From the NCBI GenBank assembly GCA_944320495.1, contig CALUHR010000008.1, positions 1 to 64,000 of the forward strand: a DNA stretch of 64,000 nt, written 5' to 3'. The stretch is from Candidatus Methanomethylophilaceae archaeon. Lineage in GTDB: Archaea > Thermoplasmatota > Thermoplasmata > Methanomassiliicoccales > Methanomethylophilaceae. Below the pieces are notes generated by a model. The model worked only from the letters and a program-made list of their open reading frames with translations, did no database searches and was not told where the DNA came from. The translations under genes were made by a program, and so were the position numbers. Below are positions 50,152-61,156 of the stretch, piece by piece (positions within the stretch are counted from its first letter, which is position 1; every line of letters begins with the position of its first letter).

Positions 50152-51441
50152 ATGGGGGATCTCATGGTGACGGGCACGGCATTCTTCGAAGCGGCCGCCG
50201 CCTACAACGATGCACCGGTGAAGAGCGGATTGTGCTCCATATGCAAGGGCGCCCACAGGCTGTGCGGCAAGGACCGCTGCCCCCTGATGATCAAGTTCTA
50301 CTCGCAGCAGAAGACCCGGCCGCTCATAGACGCCAAGGACCTGGCCGGCTCAAGCCCACCGTCCGTCTTCGTGGGACGCTACGGATACCCGAAGGTGGAC
50401 ATCGGACCCCTGGTCCCGCCGGAGTTCGGTGACACCTCCGTAATGGGGAGACCTGAGATGTGGGTCGGGAAGTCGATAGACGAGATCGTCGACATGCGCT
50501 TCCGCCTGGTGAGGGGGAAGTACCGCATCGACGCCACCGACTTCGCGAAGTACGGGCGCATGGTGGACGCGGTCCAGGAGGTGGCGCTGACCGAGCGCCC
50601 CATAGACATAGAGACCACCTTCTCCCAGAAGCCCCGCGGCAGGGTCGTCCTGGACGATGACATCGAGCCCTTCGGTCCTTCGGCCAGGATGGAGGCCATG
50701 TCCATAGGCAACGGGAGGTTCGAGAGGAACCTGGAGAGGTCGTTCTACGACACCGACATGCGCGCCGTGGACGCCGTGGTGTCGGCGTACAGGGGAGGGA
50801 CCCTGATCTCCGAGATCCAGAAGGCCTTCTCTGTTGGAACGATGGGGACCGGCAAGCGCAGGCGCTTCGTCCCCACCAGATGGAGCATCACCGCCGTCGA
50901 CGACATCATAGGCAAGGACCTGCTGAAGACCACCAGGTGGAACCCGACCATCGACGACTTCAGGCTCTACCTCTGGGAGGAGCTGGACAACAGGTGGGCC
51001 ATCCTCCTGATGCCCTGCACCTGGAGGTTCGAGCTCATAGAGGCGTGGTATCCCAACACCACCTGGAACCCCACCGGGAAGACCATAGACGTCATCCACG
51101 ACAGCGAGTTCTTCGACGGCAGGACGGAGTACGCCCACATCGGAGGATGCTACTACGCGTCAAGGATGGCGGTCAACGAGCTGCTCATTAAAGAGGGGAG
51201 GACCGCAGGTGCCGTCATCATGAGGGAGGCCCATCCCGGATACGTTATGCCCGTCGGGGTCTGGAACGTCAGGGAGAACGTCCGCGCCGCTCTGAAGACG
51301 GAGCCCCTCCATTTCGAGACCTACGACCAGGCGATGACCCGTGTGGAGCAGATGATGGACATCAAGCGCGACGGATGGATCGCCAACTCCGACGTGATGA
51401 GGGACTGGCTCGTCCAGAGGAGGATTGAGGACTATTACCGA
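50152..51441 (+). CDS. nreA: Archaeal DNA repair protein NreA, ends at CGA
   Basis: N-terminal CSICKG..LCG..CP, GSSPPSVFVGRYGYPKV, VPTRWSITAVDD, GVWNVRE; C-terminal QRRIEDYY (PIP-like) then CGA; ORF track runs to 52473. Confidence 0.9.
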
Positions 51442-52228
51442 CACGACCCTCGGCGACTTCTCCGGAGAGAGGCTGGAATGGGACGGTCCTTTCCGGATAG
51501 TGGAGTGCGGCAGGGCGCTGTCCCCATCCGGGCTGGACGAGATGGACTACGCCCTGAACCCCTACGGGGGATGCGAGCACGGCTGCATCTACTGCTACGC
51601 CCCGGGACACACCCATTCGGATCTCGCGGGATGGAGGGTCGTCCGCGTCAAGAGGAACGTGATCGACAGGCTGTCCAGGGAGCTGCCCTTCGCGGACGGT
51701 ATAATCGGCATAGGCACGGTCACCGATCCGTACCAGGCCGCAGAGGGCAGGTTCCGCCTGACCAGGGGATGCCTGGAGGTCCTGGCCTCGAGGGGCCGGA
51801 GGATCCACATCCACACCAAATCGGACCTCGTCCTCCGCGACATCGACATCCTGTCGGGGATGGACTGCGTCGTCGGGATCACGTTCACCGGCGTCGATCC
51901 GAGGGTCTCGAAGATGACCGAGCCAGGCGCCCCGCTGCCCGAGGCGAGGCTCCGGGCGATCACCGGCCTCTTGGACGGCGGGGTGCGGACGTACGCCCTG
52001 GTCGCCCCCACCATGTCGACCGCCGAGGGGCACGAGGCGGAGATCATCGATGCCCTCCGTTCCACGGGGGTCCGCCGCGTATACGTGGAACCCCTCAACC
52101 TCAGGCTTGTGGACACCACGCGTCTCGACAGGATGGGCATAACCCCGTCCCCCAAGGCTGTCGCGGAGATGGCCAGACTCTGCCGCGAGGCTGGCATCCT
52201 GGGCATGGGCGTGGTTCGTCGATATTGA
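51425..52228 (+). CDS. Radical SAM protein (SPL/DNA-repair-photolyase-like)
   Basis: LNPYGGCEHGCIYCYA, IGT.TDPYQ, HTKSDLVLRD; ends CGT CGA TAT TGA; start uncertain (TTG 51425). Confidence 0.85.
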   Translation: MRTITDTTLGDFSGERLEWDGPFRIVECGRALSPSGLDEMDYALNPYGGCEHGCIYCYAPGHTHSDLAGWRVVRVKRNVIDRLSRELPFADGIIGIGTVTDPYQAAEGRFRLTRGCLEVLASRGRRIHIHTKSDLVLRDIDILSGMDCVVGITFTGVDPRVSKMTEPGAPLPEARLRAITGLLDGGVRTYALVAPTMSTAEGHEAEIIDALRSTGVRRVYVEPLNLRLVDTTRLDRMGITPSPKAVAEMARLCREAGILGMGVVRRY

Positions 52229-53038
52229 GAACCATTATGAATCGCGATCGTTTCAATCAGACATCTGGGAATTGCGCCATTGCCTTCAGATTGCGAGGGT
52301 CGGAAGGGTTCCTCGATGGACTGGAGAACGGCGATGGAGTTCGTGGGCGCCACTTACGAACTGATCATCCTGTGCTTCGCCTATGGTTCCCCGAACCACT
52401 CCGCCCAGTGTGCCAGAGGGGATTGGGCTGTTGCACGGCCAGATCTCCATGGTCTCCATGTACTACATGTTGAGGACGATCAAACCCTGCTGTTCTTCAA
52501 GATCTCTGACCATCTCGGCAGGAATCCGGCCACCGTAAAGATCCCCCGGTCTCGATATACGGGTGTTTCGCCCCAAGAGGTGTAAGAAGGGAACGACCGA
52601 CAGATCGCCGCCGGCCAGTTTTCAGTGTATGCGATCAATCCTCGAGACGATCTTCCACTCGCCGTTTTTACAGGCATTTCCGTGAAGGGCGGAGCATTCA
52701 TCTCTACATTGTAATGCGCGCGAACGCGGCCGAGCCCTCGATTTCAAGGACATCAATGCACGTCATCGCATCGGGAACCGCCCAGGTCTTGTCCACCGAG
52801 TCGAAGAGAGATTGCATGAATCCCCGGCAAGCTCCCCGTTCACGTAGCCTCAAAACCGCCTCCTGGTCAAACGTTTTCCCGAGGAGGGTGGTGTCACAGC
52901 CCCTTCATCCGTCGGAGTAAAATCTGCATTGCCTTCACGACTTCCTCGAAGTCCGATATCTTGTCCGAATCCATCACCTTCGTATCCATGCTGACTAATA
53001 GGATTCAGGTGACACGCGGGGTGCAGGGCACACCCGCA

Positions 53039-53671
53039 TCGTTCGCTTGGCGGCATGATGAAGTGCGTCCAGAGGTGGGGCTCATAGACGGGCTTCTCGG
53101 TTCCCGCCATCCTTCCGGCGTTGATGCACTTCAGGAGCCACGCCATGTTCTGGGCGAGCGTGCGCATGGTCTGCAGCCCCTCCTCGTCCCTGCGGACGTC
53201 TTCGGGGGTGAAGCCATGGACCTGGTTCCAGTATTGTGATGGGACCAGCGGCATGTTGCAGATCGTGAAGTACTTGTTCAGGCGGTCGAAGGCCGCGGAA
53301 GCCCCGCCCCTGCGGCAGGACACGACAGATGCTCCGAGCTTGCCGGCCATCCTCGCCGCATTGGAATAGAAGAACCTGTCCGCGAATGCGCAGACCTGAC
53401 CAGACGGGCCAGCGTAGTACACAGGCGAGCCCAGAACGATTGCGTCGAACTCGTCCAGCCTCTCCGCCAGGACGTTGACGTCGTCCTTGATCGAGCACCT
53501 GCCCTTCTTGGCGCAGTATCCGCAGTCCCTGCATCCAGCGGTGTCGTTCTTGATGTGATAAATCTCCGACTCGACGCCCTCCTTGGTGAGTGTTTCCGCA
53601 ATCTCCTTCAGGGCGGTGTAGGTGCAGCCGTGCTCCTTGGGGCTGCCGTTGATAAGTAGAACCTTTGCCAT
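53039..53671 (-). CDS. Flavodoxin-family (iron-sulfur flavoprotein/FMN reductase), ends at CGA
   Basis: INGSP...GCT, CRDC..C..C, GSPVYY, RRGG..AAF, YWN..HG; ORF track 52850-53740. Confidence 0.88.
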
Positions 53672-53767
53672 AGTATCGCTCCGATTGGGCCGAATGGCCA
53701 TACTGCGTCCCCAAATCGAGGACTGATAAGAACCCGCCATCCGAAGACAGCGAGGTCTGGTTTGTTA

Positions 53768-54313
53768 TCAAATGGATGCTCCCAGCTTCCTGGCCTCGTC
53801 CAGGTCACCGTGACCCTTGATGTCCCCTACGGCCATGACGCCGCCGCAAAGTACCTTCCCCAGGCTCTTCCAGCCCAGGTGGCGTATGAGGTTGTCATAG
53901 TAGTTCACGACCTCGTCGAAGCCGTCGCCCTCGGCCGCCATGAGAAGGACGCATTCCTTCACCGGGTTCCTGTAGTCCGGGTTGCACTCCGCCACCGCGA
54001 ACAGACGGTCGAACGCCGTCCTGAGCTGACCGCTGAGGTTCCAGTAGTACAACGGGGATGCCAGGACGACGACGTCCGTGGCCTTGTAGGCCGGATAGAT
54101 GTCGTCCATCCCGTCCCTCTGGATGCACGGGTGGTCCGGGTCCTTCCCGCCGCAGAAGCATCCGCGACAGCCGTGGATGTCCATCCCCTGGAGGAAGAAC
54201 GTCTCGACGGTGTTGCCTGCGCCCTCCGCGCCTTCGGTGAACGCCGTGATGAGCTCGGATGTGTTGCCGTTCCTCCTGGGGCTCCCGTTGAGAACAACGA
54301 TCTTCTTTGCCAT
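53768..54313 (-). CDS. Flavodoxin-family protein
   Basis: LNGSPRRNGNT, C.GC..C, ASPLYYW..SGQL. Confidence 0.9.
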   Translation of the reverse strand: MAKKIVVLNGSPRRNGNTSELITAFTEGAEGAGNTVETFFLQGMDIHGCRGCFCGGKDPDHPCIQRDGMDDIYPAYKATDVVVLASPLYYWNLSGQLRTAFDRLFAVAECNPDYRNPVKECVLLMAAEGDGFDEVVNYYDNLIRHLGWKSLGKVLCGGVMAVGDIKGHGDLDEARKLGASI

Positions 54314-54316
54314 GTG

Positions 54317-54724
54317 TCACCCCTTCTTGATCGTGTCCGAGTTCTGGTTGTAGACCTTGGCTACGCACTTCCACTCGCCGTCTATCTTGATCATCATCAG
54401 GAAATCGCTGAAGTCGATGCGTCCTCCCCAGTTGTCCTCCAGGACGCGGACGATTGCCACGGTCTCCTCGATACAGAGGACGTCTATCCTGGCCTTGTAC
54501 CCGGGGTCCGCGCCGACGGTGTCGATGTTGTCATACAGGTTCTGGATGGGGCCGTGCTCGAGTCTCCCGTCTAGGAACCCGAACATGACGGCCTCGGGGT
54601 AGAAGAGCTCCTTGGCGGGCGTGCTATTGCCCGAGCCGACGCTCTCGACGAACTTCTCTGCCGCTCTCTCCACCGCATAGTACTCGCTCATGTCAGATCT
54701 CATTGCCGATCCCCTCAGCGACAT
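54317..54724 (-). CDS. NTF2-like (lumazine-binding-type) protein
   Basis: F...A.M.G, IDV...EET.A..., FSD...M.K.DGEWK.VAKVY; start may be 54691. Confidence 0.75.
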   Translation of the reverse strand: MSLRGSAMRSDMSEYYAVERAAEKFVESVGSGNSTPAKELFYPEAVMFGFLDGRLEHGPIQNLYDNIDTVGADPGYKARIDVLCIEETVAIVRVLEDNWGGRIDFSDFLMMIKIDGEWKCVAKVYNQNSDTIKKG

Positions 54725-54899
54725 GGTCGCTTTAGACAGACCATCTCTGGAAAGGATATAAGTCGCGCACTTTCGCGCACATCAGTCACTCACCTGCGCT
54801 CCAGTCACTTACCCGGGGTGAAGCTTGGGCCATGCTTCATAAATTGAAGTGTGAGGGTTTTTTGAATCACGGTCGCATTATGTCGGACGGCGAGTGCCA

Positions 54900-55244
54900 A
54901 TGGTCCAGTGCAGCATTCTCGAGGCCGACATAGATACGACGGGGTTCAGCTACACCCTGTCCCTGATCAATGGGAAGTACAAGATGTTCATCCTGTACGC
55001 CCTGATGGAGTTCGGCACCGTCCGCTTCAACGAGATGAAGGGGTACATCAGGGGAATCTCCTTCAAGACGCTCAGCTCGAACCTCAAGGAGCTGGAGCAG
55101 GACGGCCTGGTGCACAGGGAGGAGTACCCGCAGGTGCCCCCGAAGGTCGAGTATTCCCTCACCGAGACCGGCAAGTCGCTCATCCCGATCCTCGACTCCA
55201 TGTGTGAGTGGGGGGACGTCCATCGCGGAGACCGTCCGAGATGA
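54900..55244 (+). CDS. HxlR-family transcriptional regulator
   Basis: [39 protein letters not shown]. Confidence 0.92.
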   Translation: MVQCSILEADIDTTGFSYTLSLINGKYKMFILYALMEFGTVRFNEMKGYIRGISFKTLSSNLKELEQDGLVHREEYPQVPPKVEYSLTETGKSLIPILDSMCEWGDVHRGDRPR

Positions 55245-55330
55245 TGACCGTCTGTAATGAGCATCATATTATCTAACACATTGTTCCTTATCCGCCCCAT
55301 GGCCGAACTAGCGGCCCCGAGGGGAATCCA

Positions 55331-55840
55331 TTGTCGAAGGAACTTATCGCATTCTACTCAAGGGCCGACGAGAACTACTTCGCCGGTTCCTACAGATACG
55401 TGGACGTCGGGAACACCGAGATTGTCGCCGGAATGCTCCAGGAGCTCACCGGGGCCGACATTTTCAAGATTGAGCAGGCGAAGCCCTACTCCAAGGACTA
55501 CAACACCTGCATCGAGGAGGCCAAGGAGCACCAGAGGAGGGACGCGCACCCCGAGCTGAAGTCCTGCCCGAAGAGCATCGACGGGTACGACACGATCTAC
55601 CTAGGCTACCCGAACTACTGGGGGACGATGCCCATGGCCGTCTTCACCTTCCTCGAGAGGTACGACTTCACAGGCAAGACCATCCGACCCTTCTGCACTA
55701 ACGAGGGCAGCGGTCTCGGCAGTAGCGTCTCCGACATCAGTAGCCTCTGCCCCGGGGCCAACATCGAGAAAGGCCTGGCCATCACAGGCGGACAGGCCAG
55801 GGGTTCCCGCCCCTCCCTCGAGCGCTGGCTCAAAGGATGA
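55331..55840 (+). CDS. Flavodoxin (carries the only internal CGA seen; possibly truncated)
   Basis: AFYSRA.EN, GNTE..A, YLGYPNYWG.MP, GKTI(R=CGA)PFCTNEGSG; TTG start. Confidence 0.85.
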   Translation: MSKELIAFYSRADENYFAGSYRYVDVGNTEIVAGMLQELTGADIFKIEQAKPYSKDYNTCIEEAKEHQRRDAHPELKSCPKSIDGYDTIYLGYPNYWGTMPMAVFTFLERYDFTGKTIRPFCTNEGSGLGSSVSDISSLCPGANIEKGLAITGGQARGSRPSLERWLKG

Positions 55841-55987
55841 CCCCCGACGGTGGGGGCCGCTCCCATCCCGGCCCCCACCGACCCCGCGGACAAGTCCCAG
55901 ACACGCTGCGTTCAGACGCGTAGTATAATAACAACACTTTTATAGAAGAACTAAATTGTCGTAATCAAACATACAGGTGATAATACC

Positions 55988-57604
55988 ATGTACGGTTCTG
56001 GAAACCAGCCCGTCATCGTGCTCAAAGAGGGCACGGAGAGGAGCAAAGACAAAGAGGCTCAGTTCAACAACATCAGCGCCGCCAAGGCCGTTGCCGACGC
56101 TGTCAGGTCCACCCTGGGACCCAAGGGAATGGACAAGATGCTGGTCAACACCATCGGCGATGTCGTCATCACCAACGACGGTGTGACCATCCTGAAGGAG
56201 ATCGACGTCCAGCACCCCGCCGCCAAGATGGTCGTCGAGGTCGCCAAGACCCAGGACGCCGAGTGCGGAGACGGGACCACCACCAGCGTCGTCCTCGCCG
56301 GGGAGCTCCTCAAGCAGTCCGAGACCCTCATCGACGCCAACGTCCACCCCACCGTCATCACCAATGGTTTCAAGATGGCCGCCGACAAGGCCGTCGAGAT
56401 CCTCAACGAGATCGCCATCGACGCGAAATCCGACGAGGTCCTGAAGAACGTCGCCTCCACCGCCCTGGTCGGCAAGTCCGTCGGCGATGAGGAGGAGGCC
56501 CTGGCCGAGATCGTCGTCAAGGCCTGCAAGTCCGTCGAGGAGGACGGAAAGGTCGACACCAAGAACATCCGCATCCAGAAGAAGGTCGGCGGAGTCATCG
56601 GCGACACCTACCTCGTGCAGGGAGTCGTCATCGACAAGGAGAAGGTCCACTCCAGGATGCCCTCCCACGTCGAGGACGCCAAGATCGCCCTGTTCTCCTG
56701 CCCCCTTGAGGTCAAGAAGACCGAGTTCGACGCCCAGATCCAGATCACCGACCCCACCATGATGTCCTCCTTCCTCGACGAGGAGGAGAAGTCCATGAAG
56801 GCCATGGTCGAGAAGATCAAGGAGGTCGGAGCGAACGTCGTCTTCTGCCAGAAGGGAGTCGACGAGCTCGTCCAGCACTACCTCTCCAAGGCCGGCATCC
56901 TCGCCTACAGGAGGCTCAAGGAGTCCGACCTCGAGGCCATCGCCAAGGCCACCGGCGCCAACATCGTCGGCAACGTCATGGAGATGACCAAGGAGGACCT
57001 CGGAACCGCCGGAGCGGTCGACGAGAAGCAGGTCGGAGAGGACGGCATGGCCTTCATCACCGGCTGCAAGAACCCCAAGGCGATCACCATCTTCGTCCGC
57101 GGCGGAACCGAGCACGTCCTGGAGGAGGTCGAGAGGGCCCTCAACGACTCCATCCGCGTCGTCGGTGTCGCCATCGAGGACGGAAAGGTCGTCGCCGGTG
57201 CCGGAGCCCCCGAGATCGAGCTCGAGCTCAGGCTGGACGACTACGCCGCATCCGTCGGAGGACGCGAGCAGCTCGCCATCGAGAAGTTCGCCAAGGCCAT
57301 GGAGATCATCCCCTGGACCCTCGCCGAGAACGCAGGTATCGACCCTATCGACAGCATCATCAAGCTGAAGAACGCCCACGAGAAGAAGGAGAACGGCGCC
57401 GTCTACGCCGGTCTCGACCTCGACAGCGGCGACGCCGTCGACATGAAGGCCAGGAACGTCCTCGAGCCCCTCAGGGTCAAGGTCCAGGCCATCAACTCCG
57501 CCCAGGAGGTCGCCAACATGATCCTCAGGATCGACGACGTCATCGCGTCCCGCAGGGCCCCTCCGGCGCCTCCGCAGGGAGCCGGCGGAATGCCCGGAAT
57601 GTGA
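55988..57604 (+). CDS. ths: Thermosome (group II chaperonin) subunit
   Basis: [25 protein letters not shown], Gly/Met-rich tail. Confidence 0.98.
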   Translation: MYGSGNQPVIVLKEGTERSKDKEAQFNNISAAKAVADAVRSTLGPKGMDKMLVNTIGDVVITNDGVTILKEIDVQHPAAKMVVEVAKTQDAECGDGTTTSVVLAGELLKQSETLIDANVHPTVITNGFKMAADKAVEILNEIAIDAKSDEVLKNVASTALVGKSVGDEEEALAEIVVKACKSVEEDGKVDTKNIRIQKKVGGVIGDTYLVQGVVIDKEKVHSRMPSHVEDAKIALFSCPLEVKKTEFDAQIQITDPTMMSSFLDEEEKSMKAMVEKIKEVGANVVFCQKGVDELVQHYLSKAGILAYRRLKESDLEAIAKATGANIVGNVMEMTKEDLGTAGAVDEKQVGEDGMAFITGCKNPKAITIFVRGGTEHVLEEVERALNDSIRVVGVAIEDGKVVAGAGAPEIELELRLDDYAASVGGREQLAIEKFAKAMEIIPWTLAENAGIDPIDSIIKLKNAHEKKENGAVYAGLDLDSGDAVDMKARNVLEPLRVKVQAINSAQEVANMILRIDDVIASRRAPPAPPQGAGGMPGM

Positions 57605-57626
57605 TTCCGTAAAAACGCCCACATCC

Positions 57627-57654
57627 GGGGGCGGGGGTCTTGCCCCCTCGCCCC
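57627..57654 (+). terminator. GC-rich hairpin after the thermosome gene
   Basis: GGGGGCGGGGG-tcttg-CCCCCTCGCCCC followed by a pyrimidine-rich tract. Confidence 0.45.
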
Positions 57655-57696
57655 AAACCTTCCTTCATTTTATACAGAGAATGAGATGCGTTCCCC

Positions 57697-58014
57697 ATGA
57701 GAGGCGCCATCAATGCCGATCCGGACCAGGCCGTCAGGGGCTACCGCTCCCTCAGGCTCCTTTCCGTCGTCCTGGTCGTGTGCGCTATCTTGGGACACGT
57801 CCTGGGCCACGGATGGCTCACACTCGTCTGCGCCATATTCGCGGCCGTTCTGCTCGCCTTCGAGGCCCACATCTCCCTGAAGGTCTACAAGAACCCCCCG
57901 CACCTCGATGATGACAGCCCCACGGCGACCATCCGCTACGCGTCCCCGGAACACAGCAGGCTCGTCAACGATCTCATCTACTTCGAGACCGTCGAGGAGA
58001 GGGACCGCGAATGA
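57697..58014 (+). CDS. Small membrane protein, hypothetical
   Basis: Two hydrophobic helices, host-like codon use. Confidence 0.55.
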   Translation: MRGAINADPDQAVRGYRSLRLLSVVLVVCAILGHVLGHGWLTLVCAIFAAVLLAFEAHISLKVYKNPPHLDDDSPTATIRYASPEHSRLVNDLIYFETVEERDRE

Positions 58015-58129
58015 GGAGGCCCTGCCCTTCCGTACGCAACGGTTTTCACAACGGTCCACGATTATTGAGACGATAGGATTCCCGCGGCACGGGCATTGTC
58101 GAGGGGATCCGGACCGAGGGGGTTAGGAC

Positions 58130-59233
58130 ATGGCCGACATGGAGTACAGGAGACTGCCTCACGGCGGGGAGGAGATCAGCGTAATCGGATTCGGGACGGG
58201 GTTCAACGAGTTCCCAGGCCACGAGGCGATGGTGCGGACCATACGCTTCGCGCTCGACTCCGGCATCAACCTGCTCGATCTCACGCCATGGGATGCCAGG
58301 GTGCTGGGGGCCTTCGGCGAGGCCCTGAGGGGGAGGCGCGAGGACGCATACCTCCAGATCCACTTCGGGTCCGACTACCCCTCCGGAACCTACGAGAGGA
58401 TCCACGGGCTTGACAGGGTCAGGAAGGCCGTGGAGCGGCAGATGGCCCAGGTTGGCACCGACTACATCGACTTCGGATTCATACACTGCCTCGACGATCC
58501 GCAGGTCTTTGAGGACGAGTTCTCCAACGGCACCATCGACTATCTCCTGAAGCTCAGGGATGAGGGTATCGTGCGCCATGTGGCGCTGTCCACCCACACC
58601 CCCTCCATCGCCAACAGGGTCCTCGACGAGGGATTCCTGGACCTCCTGATGTTCAGCATCAACCCCGCCTATGACTACCAGCATGGGCAGTACGCCTTCG
58701 GCGGGACCGACGAGAGGGCGGAGCTCTACACCCGCTGCATGACCGATGGCGTTGGGATATCGGTCATGAAGCCGTTCAGCAAGGGGCAGCTGCTGGATCC
58801 ATCCCTGTCGCCTTTCGGGAAGGGTCTCACCGTCAACCAGTGCCTGCAGTACGCCCTAGACAAGCCCGGCGTGGTGTCGGTTCTGCCCGGCATCAAGGGG
58901 ATGGACGACCTCCGCGGTGTGCTGTCGTTCCTGGACTCCACACCGGAGGAGAGGGACTACTCCGTGGTGAGGACGTTCTCCCCGCCGGACGTGTCCGGGA
59001 GATGCGTCTACTGCAACCACTGCCAGCCCTGTCCTCGGGGCATCAACGTCGGACTGGTCAACAAGTACTACGACCTCGTCCTCGCAGGCGACGCACTGGC
59101 CGCCGACCACTACATGAACCTCTCGCTCAAGGCGGGTGACTGCGTCGGATGCGGCCACTGCAACGATGTCTGTCCGTTCCATGTGGACCAGGTCAGGAGG
59201 ATGGCGGAGATCCGGGACCGCTTCGGGCAGTGA
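58130..59233 (+). CDS. Aldo/keto reductase with C-terminal 4Fe-4S domain
   Basis: SVIGFG, YIDFGFIH, MKPF..G, CVYCNHC.PC and CVGCGHC...CP. Confidence 0.9.
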   Translation: MADMEYRRLPHGGEEISVIGFGTGFNEFPGHEAMVRTIRFALDSGINLLDLTPWDARVLGAFGEALRGRREDAYLQIHFGSDYPSGTYERIHGLDRVRKAVERQMAQVGTDYIDFGFIHCLDDPQVFEDEFSNGTIDYLLKLRDEGIVRHVALSTHTPSIANRVLDEGFLDLLMFSINPAYDYQHGQYAFGGTDERAELYTRCMTDGVGISVMKPFSKGQLLDPSLSPFGKGLTVNQCLQYALDKPGVVSVLPGIKGMDDLRGVLSFLDSTPEERDYSVVRTFSPPDVSGRCVYCNHCQPCPRGINVGLVNKYYDLVLAGDALAADHYMNLSLKAGDCVGCGHCNDVCPFHVDQVRRMAEIRDRFGQ

Positions 59234-59309
59234 CCCCTGGGACCCGAACACGGGCCCTCGACAATCCTTTATAACGGCGGAGCCGATGCGTCTGCGGGAT
59301 GGATGCACA

Positions 59310-60083
59310 ATGCGCGCAGCGCTATACGCCAGGGTCTCGACGGACGACCAGGCGGTCGAGGGTTTCTCGCTCGACGCCCAGGTCAAGCGCCTCGAGGCCT
59401 ATTGCAGGGTCCGCGGCTGGGAGGTCGGCGGGATCTACAGGGACGAGGGGTTCTCCGGCAGGAACACCAAGCGTCCGGAGTACGAGAGGATGATGCGCGA
59501 GTCCGACTCGTGGGACGTCCTCCTCGTTCTGAAGATGGACCGTATCCACAGGAACAGCGTCAACTTCGCCCGCATGATGGACGACCTGCGCGACATGGGC
59601 AAGGAGTTCAACTCGGTCCAGGAGAAGTTCGACACCACCACCGCCATGGGACGGTTCGTCATGGACATCATGCAGAGGATCGCCCAGCTGGAGAGCGAGC
59701 AGATCGGCGAGAGGACGTTCATGGGCATGGAGTTCAAGGCCCGCAACGGCACCGGAAACCTCGGCTCCGGCCACCCGTACGGATACGTGTACACCGAGCA
59801 CGGCCTGGAGGTCGTGAAGGATGAGGCGCATACGGTGCGCGCGATCTACAACATGTACGTAAGGGGCTCCACCATGGAGGACATCGCCGGATTCCTCAAC
59901 AGCGCCGAGATCCCCGCCAAGAAGGGCGGCAAGTGGAACAGGCAGTCCGTCTGCAACATCCTCCACAACCCGCTCTACGTGGGATACTCGGAGTGGAACG
60001 GCATCCTGCGCAAGGGCGAGCAGCAGCCCATCGTCGAGATGGCGGTCTTCGAGAAGGTCAACGGGCCGTTGGAGATCCAGCGA
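59310..60083 (+). CDS. Serine recombinase (resolvase + recombinase domain), ends at CGA
   Basis: YARVST.DQ, DEG.SG....RP, KMDRIHRN, AQLESEQI.ER; CGATG overlap with next gene; ORF track to 60104. Confidence 0.9.
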
Positions 60084-60940
60084 TGCGTGCGGCCATATAC
60101 GTGAGGGTCTCCACCGAGGAGCAGGCCGCCGAGGGGTACTCCATCGAGGCCCAGAAGGAGCTACTCCAGGACTACTGCATCGTCGAGGGGTGGGAGGTCG
60201 CCGGCGTCTACGAGGACGACGGATTCTCCGGAAGGAACGACAAGCGTCCCGCCTACCGCAAGATGATGTCGGAGATGGACCTTTGGGATGTGGTCGTCGT
60301 CATCAAGATGGACCGTATCCACAGGAACAGCCGCAACTTCATGTCCATGATGGACACGCTCACCAAGCATGGGAAGATGTTCGTGTCCTCGTCCGAAGCA
60401 TTGGATACGACCAACGCCCTCGGGAGGTTCGTGGTCGACATGATACAGAGGCTCGCCCAGCTGGAGAGCGAGCAGATCGGCGAGAGGACGTACATGGGCA
60501 TGCGCGAGAAGGCCGAGACCCTCGAGGCCGTCCAATCCGGTAAGAGGACCATGGGCTTCACGCCGCCGTTCGGCTACCGTCTTGAGGACGGGGCACTCGT
60601 CGAGGACGAGGGGGAGCTCCCGATCGTCAGGCGCATGTTCGCCGAATATGCCGAGGGCAGGCCCATGGATGCGATATGCTTCGGCCTCAACCGCGACGGG
60701 ATACTCACCCGCAGGGGCAATCCCTGGAACAAGCGCAACCTCGCCAACATCCTCCACAACCCCGTCTACGCCGGGTACATGAGATGGGAGGACATCCTCA
60801 TCCGCCACGATGCGGAGACGGTCCTCTCGCCGGAGCAGTTCAACGGCGTGCAGGAGCGCATCGCCTCCAGGATCAGGGACCCCTCCAAGAGGGGCGTGAA
60901 TCTCCTTCCAACAGAGTCAGATTATGCGACGGGGATGCGA
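60083..60940 (+). CDS. Serine recombinase paralog 2, ends at CGA
   Basis: YVRVSTEEQ, DDG.SG, KMDRIHRN, PPFGY, IL.NP.YAG; CGA 60938-60940; ORF track to TAG at 60958. Confidence 0.9.
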
Positions 60941-61156
60941 ACCGGACGAGCCGGTTAGTTAACGGAGAACGTTCGGTGCAAATATCCCATATTATAAATA
61001 ATGTATCCGAAAAAGTCCATTTGTTGACGTCTCAATCTCCATTGTCTGGCACATGCCTCTGGATGTCTATGCCTGTACGCATGCGCCACATATGGTATTA
61101 AATAGTGATTACGTCGAATCATTCCCCGGGTCCTAGACCCAATAGGAGGAAAACAA

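Noticed and set aside
52280-52585. 101-aa ORF and TAG-readthrough variants in this spacer
   Set aside because: No motif, atypical codon use, and read-through frames still hit other stops.
55940-57622. Long antisense ORFs (also 44931-46352, 9633-11135, 2264-3598, 37260-38372, 14001-15149 and many others)
   Set aside because: Shadow ORFs opposite well-supported genes in high-GC3 DNA; no family motifs.
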